Positions 38,698 through 45,944 of a stretch of 57,079 bases of DNA are shown one piece after another. The DNA is from an uncultured Desulfobacteraceae bacterium (GTDB lineage Bacteria; Desulfobacterota; Desulfobacteria; Desulfobacterales; JAABSP01). The stretch spans positions 1 through 57,079 of the forward strand of contig CAZZBE010000004.1 of NCBI GenBank assembly GCA_964652715.1, read 5' to 3'. Numbering within the stretch: position 1 is the first letter of the stretch; the number at the start of each line of letters is the position of its first letter. A model generated the notes under the pieces. It was not told the DNA's origin, did not search any database, and was given only the letters and a program-made list of their open reading frames with translations. Both the position numbers and the translations under genes were made by a program.

Positions 38698-39897
38698 ATG
38701 GACACATTGCCGCCATTTCTTAAAAATAAGCTGCGTGACCGGACGCCCGCCGATGCAAATCCGCTTGCATACGCTCTTGTGAAACAGGCTTTGTCAGCTC
38801 AGGCATCGGAAGGTTCCCTTTCGGAACGCCTTGCGGCCGCGTTTGATCTAATCGTGGCAAGCAAATTCTATCAGTATGTCGAACCAGAGGGGTGGCTATG
38901 GTGCGGCAACTCTGGAAAGGATTTCTATCCGATTCTGAATGTTTGCCCCCATTGCGTCCTCGATAATCAATTTGTGCAAACCGAAGGACACAAACCAGGA
39001 TCGGGACAAATCGGTCCGACAACTGCTTTGGCCCTACGGGAAATAATCGCCGCCTATTTTCATCTGACAGGGAAATCAGATTGTTTTGTGTACAGGGCAA
39101 GTGAACCGATAGATCTCGCAGTGGTGGACAGAGAAAACAAGATTCTTTTCATTGCGGAAGTTAAGGCGGCGCCGTTGTTTACACCTCCCCTAGTTCGGCA
39201 ACATGCAACAGCGTCAATGCAAACCCAACTCGCAATGCCGCTGAAGCATTCCCTGGGCGTCGCTCGTGGATTGCATAAAGCAGAAGTGGGTTTGTATATC
39301 CCTGGTCTTGAAGCGCCTTTTGAAATTTTCCTGGCCCCCGGAACCGTTGGCCAAGCAATGCCTTTGGATCAACCGTTGGCGGCTGTTGTTGAGCGCGATT
39401 CCGCCATCGCCAATCGCTTTTTTAAGACTTGGCGTCGCATGTGGCGTTCGTATCAATGCAAAGATTCCACGACGCCTCTTTACTGGTTTTGCGGCGCTTG
39501 TGGCCGTCCGTCCAATCCAGGGGAGGGCTGGCCCCGGCAAGCGAATGGACGACCGAGGGGAACCATTTCCGATGGCAAGACAAGTGTCGGAATCGACAGA
39601 ACGGATGACATAAAAAAAGCGACATTCCAGGCCCTAAAACTTGGCGTGGAGAACAGGCGCAAGGACCCGTCCCCTTGGAGACTGCTCATTGGACTGGCAA
39701 GCAATCTTCACGCTTCGCGCCATTATGACGGTTATCTACGTCCTTATGAAGACTTAATATGGGGTTGGGCTGACGCTGCTGAAAATGACCGCGATCTTTA
39801 CAATCTTTTCGACGGGATTGTCTCGTTTACGCGCAGCCACATGCGGGACAAATGGCTTGCGAGCACGCTAGACTGGCACGGGAGTCGGGATGCGTAA
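38698..39897 (+). CDS. candidate type II restriction endonuclease (PD-ExK core plus Cys4 site)
   Basis: EPIDLAVVDRENKILFIAEVK gives a D139...E154-x-K156 arrangement. CxxC pairs lie at C83/C86 and C265/C268. Its stop overlaps the methyltransferase start (ATGCGTAA). Confidence 0.6.
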   Translation: MDTLPPFLKNKLRDRTPADANPLAYALVKQALSAQASEGSLSERLAAAFDLIVASKFYQYVEPEGWLWCGNSGKDFYPILNVCPHCVLDNQFVQTEGHKPGSGQIGPTTALALREIIAAYFHLTGKSDCFVYRASEPIDLAVVDRENKILFIAEVKAAPLFTPPLVRQHATASMQTQLAMPLKHSLGVARGLHKAEVGLYIPGLEAPFEIFLAPGTVGQAMPLDQPLAAVVERDSAIANRFFKTWRRMWRSYQCKDSTTPLYWFCGACGRPSNPGEGWPRQANGRPRGTISDGKTSVGIDRTDDIKKATFQALKLGVENRRKDPSPWRLLIGLASNLHASRHYDGYLRPYEDLIWGWADAAENDRDLYNLFDGIVSFTRSHMRDKWLASTLDWHGSRDA

Positions 39898-41095
39898 AAT
39901 ATCAATTTCACTGAAAGCGTTCAGCCATGTGCCGAGGAATGTCGGGCCAAAGGTTCAACAGCGCATCGACGCGCTCAAGGTCGGCCAGAAAATGCAAGAT
40001 TTGCCGGAGGAGCTGTGGCATGAAAGCTTTCGGTATTACGTTAAAGAAGATCCAACGAGAAAAGGCGGCCCTAATCTTCGCCTTGTCAGACTCGACCCTC
40101 GAAGACCTTCTCTTACCGTCACTGGGTTTATTTTTAATAAATTCGTGCATCCGGTTGAAAACAGACATATTACGCCGCGCGAGGCGGCTCGACTACAGGG
40201 ATTTCCTGACGATTTTTTGTTCCACGGCGCCTTGACGAGCGTGCAACGTCAGGTCGGAAACGCGGTGCCGGTGCAGTTGGCGACCGTCGTGACCGAATCT
40301 GTTTTGGCGCATCTGGAAAAACATCATCCTCTGGGCCTGGGCTCTCAAGTATTTTCTTCCGGCTGTTTACCTTCAATTAGCTTGTTTTCCGGGGCAGGCG
40401 GGATGGATCTCGGCGTTCTTAATGCGCAGCGTGGCAAATGGATTTTCGATTTGAAGAGATGCGTGGAACTCGATCATGATTGCTGCGAAACCCTTCGGAA
40501 AAATTTTGGATCAAAAGTGAACGTGGTTGAAAAAGATATCTCGACAATTGATCCCGATGAAACGCTGGCGCTATGCGAGGCGGACAACGCCTTGCTTCCG
40601 CTTGTGATTGGCGGTCCTCCTTGTCAGGCTTTTAGCCAGGCCGGGAAGCAGAAAGGCAAGCAGGATGACCGAGGGAAGCTCATTTTCGAATTTTTAAGGT
40701 TCATTCAGGAATTGCGGCCCGTTTATTTCATCATGGAGAATGTGTCAAACCTGCGGGGCGTGGCAAAAGGCGAGCTGCTTCAAGAGATACAGGATCGCAT
40801 AAACGATATGGGATACAACTTCACCTGCAACCTGCTTTGCGCTGCAGATTATGGCGCCGCTCAGTTGCGGCGGCGGCTGTTTTTTATTGGCGTCCGAAAA
40901 CCCTATCCCGCGGTTCGGCCGCCTCTGCCAACCCATGGAAAAACCGGGGACATTTTTTTTGTCCATAAACCGTATGTTGGCGTCGGTGAGGCATTTAAGG
41001 GCCTGCCTCCTTTAAAAAACGCTAATTTTGATTCCAAAATTGTGGTCCGCCCGGTTATGCGAGAGGCGCTCTTAAAACGTCATCTATGCTGTTAG
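39890..41095 (+). CDS. C5 cytosine DNA methyltransferase, circularly permuted (motifs IX-X precede I-VIII)
   Basis: Motif IX ITPREAARLQGFPDDF and X GNAVPV are at residues 93-127. Then come I LFSGAGG (165-171), IV GGPPCQAFS (241-249), VI ENV (282-284) and VIII QLRRR (325-329). Confidence 0.92.
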   Translation: MRKISISLKAFSHVPRNVGPKVQQRIDALKVGQKMQDLPEELWHESFRYYVKEDPTRKGGPNLRLVRLDPRRPSLTVTGFIFNKFVHPVENRHITPREAARLQGFPDDFLFHGALTSVQRQVGNAVPVQLATVVTESVLAHLEKHHPLGLGSQVFSSGCLPSISLFSGAGGMDLGVLNAQRGKWIFDLKRCVELDHDCCETLRKNFGSKVNVVEKDISTIDPDETLALCEADNALLPLVIGGPPCQAFSQAGKQKGKQDDRGKLIFEFLRFIQELRPVYFIMENVSNLRGVAKGELLQEIQDRINDMGYNFTCNLLCAADYGAAQLRRRLFFIGVRKPYPAVRPPLPTHGKTGDIFFVHKPYVGVGEAFKGLPPLKNANFDSKIVVRPVMREALLKRHLCC

Positions 41096-41105
41096 AGGAA
41101 GCTTC

Positions 41106-41345
41106 ATGCCCACCGGAAGCCCCCGAAATCGCCGGTTGTCGGCCCTGTTTTGGCTGGGGCTGCTCCTGTTCAACTACCCTCTCCTCTCCCTGTTCGACGC
41201 CTCGGTCGTCGTCTTCGGCCTGCCGCTTCTTTATGCCTATCTTTTCGGCGTCTGGCTGCTGCTGATTCTCTGCCTGGCCCTGACGGCCCGGCGCCGCCCG
41301 ACCCCGCCCCCGCCCGACGCCCCCATGCAGGACGACCCGTGCTGA
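41106..41345 (+). CDS. small 2-TM membrane protein overlapping the start of the transporter-kinase gene
   Basis: 79 aa with hydrophobic segments LSALFWLGLLLFNYPLLSLF and LLYAYLFGVWLLLILCLAL. Its TGA overlaps the downstream GTG (GTGCTGA). Confidence 0.55.
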   Translation: MPTGSPRNRRLSALFWLGLLLFNYPLLSLFDASVVVFGLPLLYAYLFGVWLLLILCLALTARRRPTPPPPDAPMQDDPC

Positions 41346-44068
41346 ACGCCGGGGTCATCCTTTTTGTCTCCTTCGCCTACATGGGGCTGTTGTTCGCCAT
41401 CGCCTATGCCGGCGACCGGCGGGCCGACGCCGGGGCCAGCATCATTTCCAACCCCTACATCTACTCCCTTTCGCTGGCGGTCTACTGCACGGCCTGGACC
41501 TATTACGGCAGCGTGGGACTGGCCGCCCGAAACGGCCCCGATTTTCTCCCCATCTATCTAGGCCCCACCCTCATGTCGGCCCTGGGATGGGTGGTGCTCC
41601 GGAAGATCATCCGGATCAGCCGGGTCCACCGGATCACCTCCATCGCCGATTTCATCGCCTCCCGGTACGGCAAATCGACGGTCCTGGGGGGCGTGGCGAC
41701 CCTCATCGCCGTGGTGGGGGTCATCCCCTATATCTCGCTCCAGCTCAAGGCCATCTCCGTCAGCTTCCTCATCCTCAACCGGTACCCGGACATCGCCATG
41801 CCCATGCATTTCACCGAAGTGCCGGTTTTCCACGATACCGCTTTTTATGTGACCCTGTTGCTGGCGATCTTCGCCGTGCTCTTCGGCACCCGGCATCTGG
41901 CGGCCACGGAACGGCACGAAGGGCTGGTGGCGGCCATCGCCTTCGAGTCCATCGTCAAACTGGCGGCTTTTCTGGCGGTGGGGTTCTACGTGACGTACGG
42001 TCTTTACAACGGCTTTGGGGACATCATGGAAACGGCCATGGCCGATCCCGCCATGAAGGAGCGGCTGGTCATCCCCGACCGGAGCGGCGCCTGGGCCGAC
42101 TGGGGGCTGTCCATCTTTCTCTCCATGATGGCCGTGCTGCTGCTGCCCCGCCAGTTCCAGGCGGCGGTGGTGGAAAACGTCAACGAAAACCACCTGGAAA
42201 AGGCCATCTGGCTCTTTCCCCTCTACCTGCTGGCCATCAACCTGTTCGTCCTGCCCATCGCCCTGGGCGGGGATCTCCGGTTTCCCGGCGGCGCGGTGGA
42301 TCCGGACACCTTCGTGCTGACGCTGCCCATGGCCCACGGAAAAAAATTCCTGGCCCTGCTGGTCTACATCGGCGGCATGTCGGCGGCCACCGGCATGGTC
42401 ATCGTGGAGACCATCGCGCTGTCCACCATGATCTGCAACGATCTGGTCATGCCGGTCCTGCTCCGGCCGACGTTTCTGTCCCTCTATCACCGCTCCGACC
42501 TGAGCCGGCTGCTCCTGACCATCCGCCGGTCCGGCATCGTGCTGGTGCTGCTCCTGGCCTACACCTACTTCCGGTTTATCGGCGAGTTTTACGGACTGGT
42601 TTCCATCGGGCTCGTCTCGTTCGCGGCCGTGGCCCAGTTCGCGCCGGCCATCCTCGGCGGCATCTTCTGGAAGGGCGGGAACCGGGCCGGGGCCCTGACC
42701 GGACTTCTCCTGGGGTTCGCCATCTGGTTCTACACCTTGGTGGCGCCCAGCCTGGCCCAGACCGGGTTCCTGCCCATGTCCCTTATCAGCGACGGACCTT
42801 TCGGCATCGGCCTGTTGCGCCCCTTCTCCCTGTTCGGCCTGACCGATTTCGACCGGATCGGCCACGCGGTCTTCTGGTCCATGCTCTTCAACGCGGGCGC
42901 CTACATCGGCGTCTCCTCCTTTACCCGGGCCACCGCCATCGAACACACCCAGGCGACCCTTTTCGTGGATGTGTTTCGGTACTCCGAAGAGGGGGAGTCC
43001 TCCTTCTGGCGCGGGACGGCGTCGGTACCGGACCTTCGGTCGCTCCTGGAGCGTTTCTTAGGCCGGGACGGCGCGGAAAAGGCCCTGCGCCGGTACGCCA
43101 AGCGCCATCACATCGACTGGGACAAGGCCCCAAGGGCGGACGCCGGGCTGGTGGATTACGCCGAAAAGCAACTGGCGGCGGTCATCGGATCGGCCTCGGC
43201 CCGGGTGATGGTGGCCTCGGTGGTCAAGGAGGAGCCCCTGGAACTCCCCGATGTGATGCGGATTCTGGACGAAACCCGGCAGGTCATCGCCTACAGCCGG
43301 GAGCTGGAAAAGACCACTTCGGAGCTGAAGGCGGCCAACGCGCGGCTCCAGGAGCTGGACCGGCTCAAGGACGAGTTCATCTCCACGGTGACCCACGAAC
43401 TCCGCACCCCCCTCACGTCCGTCCGGGCCCTGGCGGAGATCCTCCGGGACAACCCTGAACTGCCCGCCCCCCGGCAGGAGGAGTTCGCCGGCATCATCAT
43501 CAAGGAGAGCGACCGGCTGACCCGGCTGATTACCCAGGTTCTCGACATCCAGAAGATCGAATCGGGCCAGTTCGACTGGCAGTTCGGACCGGTGGACCTC
43601 AAGGAGGTAATCGGGGACGCCGTCCACACCACCCGCCACCTGATGCGGGAGAAAGGGATCGACCTCTCCCTGGACCTCCCCGAAGGGACCCCGACGGTCT
43701 CCGGCGACCGGGACCGGCTGATCCAGGTGCTGGTCAACCTCATCTCCAATGCGGTCAAGTTCAGCGACGACGGCGCCATCGCCATCCGGCTGGCGTCCGA
43801 CCCGGAGACGGTCCGGTTCGAGGTCCAGGACAGCGGCATCGGCATCCGCCCCGAGGATCAGGACACCATTTTCAACAAATTCCATCAGATCAAAAGCAGC
43901 GGCCGGGGACGCCCCGCGGGCAGCGGGCTGGGACTGGCCATCACCCGCCGGATCATCGAACACCACGGCGGGACCATCACCGTCCGCAGCGAGCCCGGAG
44001 AAGGATCGACGTTCCGGGTGACGCTGCCCGTGTCCCATGGGGCGGACGCGTCCGACCTTCAGGCTTGA
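41339..44068 (+). CDS. SLC5/SSF-transporter-domain sensor histidine kinase (CbrA/CrbS-like, no receiver)
   Basis: A polytopic SSF-like domain of about 500 aa is followed by a STAC-like linker, a coiled coil, H-box THELRTPLTS and HATPase (GLGLAITRRIIEHHGG). A GTG start at 41339 is proposed. The track start at 41150 lies inside the small ORF in another frame. Confidence 0.88.
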   Translation: MLNAGVILFVSFAYMGLLFAIAYAGDRRADAGASIISNPYIYSLSLAVYCTAWTYYGSVGLAARNGPDFLPIYLGPTLMSALGWVVLRKIIRISRVHRITSIADFIASRYGKSTVLGGVATLIAVVGVIPYISLQLKAISVSFLILNRYPDIAMPMHFTEVPVFHDTAFYVTLLLAIFAVLFGTRHLAATERHEGLVAAIAFESIVKLAAFLAVGFYVTYGLYNGFGDIMETAMADPAMKERLVIPDRSGAWADWGLSIFLSMMAVLLLPRQFQAAVVENVNENHLEKAIWLFPLYLLAINLFVLPIALGGDLRFPGGAVDPDTFVLTLPMAHGKKFLALLVYIGGMSAATGMVIVETIALSTMICNDLVMPVLLRPTFLSLYHRSDLSRLLLTIRRSGIVLVLLLAYTYFRFIGEFYGLVSIGLVSFAAVAQFAPAILGGIFWKGGNRAGALTGLLLGFAIWFYTLVAPSLAQTGFLPMSLISDGPFGIGLLRPFSLFGLTDFDRIGHAVFWSMLFNAGAYIGVSSFTRATAIEHTQATLFVDVFRYSEEGESSFWRGTASVPDLRSLLERFLGRDGAEKALRRYAKRHHIDWDKAPRADAGLVDYAEKQLAAVIGSASARVMVASVVKEEPLELPDVMRILDETRQVIAYSRELEKTTSELKAANARLQELDRLKDEFISTVTHELRTPLTSVRALAEILRDNPELPAPRQEEFAGIIIKESDRLTRLITQVLDIQKIESGQFDWQFGPVDLKEVIGDAVHTTRHLMREKGIDLSLDLPEGTPTVSGDRDRLIQVLVNLISNAVKFSDDGAIAIRLASDPETVRFEVQDSGIGIRPEDQDTIFNKFHQIKSSGRGRPAGSGLGLAITRRIIEHHGGTITVRSEPGEGSTFRVTLPVSHGADASDLQA

Positions 44069-44153
44069 CAGCCGATTTTAGAGGGTGATATTGGTGGCTT
44101 AACCTTGGGATGGTCTGGATTCCGGATCAAGTTCTAAAGAGAAAGGGGCGGAT

Positions 44154-44594
44154 ATGCACCGGTTAATGATGGTTGTGGGGGTGGTCATCGTACTCTTCAG
44201 CGCCTTTTTAGTGGTCTCCGCTTCCATCGATTTGATCGGCGGCGAGTCGGACACCGAGACGTCGGTTCTGGTGGGACTGCTGGTCTTTTTCTCCCTCGCC
44301 GGCCTCGGCGGCCTATACATGACGGCGAACAGCCGGAGAAGGGGCAAAAGGCGGGCCGAACAGCGGATGGAGCGGGAGATCCTCCGGGTGATCGCCGCCA
44401 GGGGCGGGCGGGTCACGCCCTTCGAGATCGCGGCCGAGACCGATCTGAGCACCGCCGAGGCCCAGGCCTATATGGACAAACTCTGCAGCGACGGCATGGG
44501 CGAACTCCAGGTCACATCCGAAGGCTATCTGGTCTATGTATTCAGGGGGGCGGCCTCCAGGGCTGAAAAAGCAACCGCCGCCTCTCCTCTTTGA
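44154..44594 (+). CDS. membrane protein, 2 TM plus C-terminal winged-helix-like domain (paralogue 1)
   Basis: The TM pair is followed by REILRVIAARGGRVTPFEIAAETDLSTAEAQAYMDKLCSDGMGEL. It is paralogous to the next gene. Confidence 0.6.
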   Translation: MHRLMMVVGVVIVLFSAFLVVSASIDLIGGESDTETSVLVGLLVFFSLAGLGGLYMTANSRRRGKRRAEQRMEREILRVIAARGGRVTPFEIAAETDLSTAEAQAYMDKLCSDGMGELQVTSEGYLVYVFRGAASRAEKATAASPL

Positions 44595-44625
44595 TCCATT
44601 ATATTATCAATAAGGTCGGCATTCC

Positions 44626-45042
44626 ATGAAAGACAGTTCCAAAAAAATTCTCGCGGCCCTGGCGGCGGTTTTCAGCATCGGCGTCGTCGCCTGGTGCATT
44701 TACGATCTGATCACCGGGTATTCCCGGGAGAAACCCTCCATTCTGGCGACCCTTGCGGTTTTTTACGCGGCGGCGGCGGGCTGGGCCATTCACTGGCTGG
44801 TCCAAAAAACGGCCCGGGAGCGGCGCACGCCCGAGGACAGTGAACAGATCCTGCTGCGGTTGATGACCGACAAGGGCGGACGGATCACAGCCACCGAAGC
44901 GGCGGCCGAGACCGGCCTGCCCCTGGCGGCCGTCCGGGACCTGCTCGGCGGACTGACGCGCAAGGGACTCTGCGAACTCCGGGCCACCGTGGAGGGCGCC
45001 GCGATCTATGTGGTCAGGGAACCCGTTTCCGGCGGTCTTTGA
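44626..45042 (+). CDS. membrane protein, 2 TM plus C-terminal winged-helix-like domain (paralogue 2)
   Basis: EQILLRLMTDKGGRITATEAAAETGLPLAAVRDLLGGLTRKGLCEL aligns with paralogue 1. Confidence 0.6.
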   Translation: MKDSSKKILAALAAVFSIGVVAWCIYDLITGYSREKPSILATLAVFYAAAAGWAIHWLVQKTARERRTPEDSEQILLRLMTDKGGRITATEAAAETGLPLAAVRDLLGGLTRKGLCELRATVEGAAIYVVREPVSGGL

Positions 45043-45141
45043 CGGCGGCGGCAGGGGACTGAATCTTCCTTCATCGTGGTTTTATCCCCATAAAATTCCC
45101 CCAATCCCGCCTCTTCGACCATAATCCATCGAAACCAAAAG

Positions 45142-45172
45142 AGATGCGCCGATAAATCCGGCGCATTTTTTT
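45142..45172 (+). terminator. intrinsic terminator (ATGCGCCG-loop-CGGCGCAT followed by a T-run)
   Basis: The 8-bp GC stem is extendable by A-U and G-U pairs, has a 7-nt loop, and is followed by a T-run to 45172. Confidence 0.75.
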
Positions 45173-45198
45173 CTTGACACGGAAATCCGTTCCCTGTT

Positions 45199-45220
45199 AA
45201 TGAATGAATACTCATTCATT
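45199..45220. promoter_or_regulatory. perfect palindromic operator AATGAATGA-ATAC-TCATTCATT, with a TTGACA hexamer 20 nt upstream
   Basis: 9-bp perfect inverted arms. TTGACA is at 45174-45179. It is located directly upstream of the TetR/acyl-CoA dehydrogenase pair. Confidence 0.6.
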
Positions 45221-45258
45221 TTGACGGCGTTCCGCGTGGGCGCCCACGGAGGTCGGTC

Positions 45259-45930
45259 ATCAGCGCAAGAGGAAAGACAAACGGGAGCAAATACGGGCTC
45301 ATTTTACAAGCCGCCATCAAGGTCTTCGCCAAGCGGGGCTTCTACCAGGCGACGATATCGCAGATCGCCCGGGAGGCCGGGGTCGCCGACGGCACTATCT
45401 ATCTCTATTTCAAGAACAAGGACGACATCCTCGTCCAGTTCTTCACCTATAAGACCAAGCAGGTTTTCTCCGGCTTCCAGGAGGAGTTGAGCCGGGGGGT
45501 CAACGCCGTGGAAAAGCTGCGCAACCTGATCCGGCGTCACCTGGAGGAATTTCAGCGGGACCGCGATATGGCGCTGGTCTACCAAGCGGTGACCCGGCAG
45601 CACAACCGGCTGGTCAAAAAGGAGATCAAGGAGATGTCCAAAATGTATTTGGACATCGTGGCCGAGATCGTGGAGCAGGGGCAGGCCGAAGGAACCATCC
45701 GCAAGGACCTCTACCTGAGCCTGGTCAAGCGGTACATCCTGGGCGCCGTGGACGAGATCATCAACACCTGGCTCCATTCAGGGGGAAAATACGACCTTGT
45801 CTCCATGGCGGACCCCCTCATCGACCTGTTCATCCGCGGGATCGGCAACATCGATGCTGTCGAACCGTTCCAATACAGCAACGCCGCCGAAGGGGCGAGC
45901 GCCGCTTCGGACACCACAGAAAACCCATAA
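45259..45930 (+). CDS. TetR-family regulator (FadR/YsiA-like), apparent non-canonical ATC start
   Basis: The HTH (ATISQIAREAGVADGTIYLYFKNKDD, nt 45346-45423) and the C-terminal ligand domain share one open frame from 45208. That frame has no ATG, GTG or TTG before 45487. GGAGG (45248-45252) lies 6 nt before the ATC at 45259. Confidence 0.65.
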   Translation: MSARGKTNGSKYGLILQAAIKVFAKRGFYQATISQIAREAGVADGTIYLYFKNKDDILVQFFTYKTKQVFSGFQEELSRGVNAVEKLRNLIRRHLEEFQRDRDMALVYQAVTRQHNRLVKKEIKEMSKMYLDIVAEIVEQGQAEGTIRKDLYLSLVKRYILGAVDEIINTWLHSGGKYDLVSMADPLIDLFIRGIGNIDAVEPFQYSNAAEGASAASDTTENP

Positions 45931-45944
45931 GGAGAAACATCACC

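Noticed and set aside
41150-41338. Track start at 41150 for the transporter-kinase.
   Set aside because: This extension is an Ala/Pro/Arg-rich alternative frame of the small membrane ORF (41106-41345). Transporter-like hydrophobic sequence begins at the GTG at 41339.
45200-45490. 96-aa ORF starting at an ATG inside the palindromic operator.
   Set aside because: It is out of frame with the clearly recognisable TetR HTH encoded in the same nucleotides. Its translation (…GGRSSAQEERQTGANTGSFYKPPSRSS…) has no family features.
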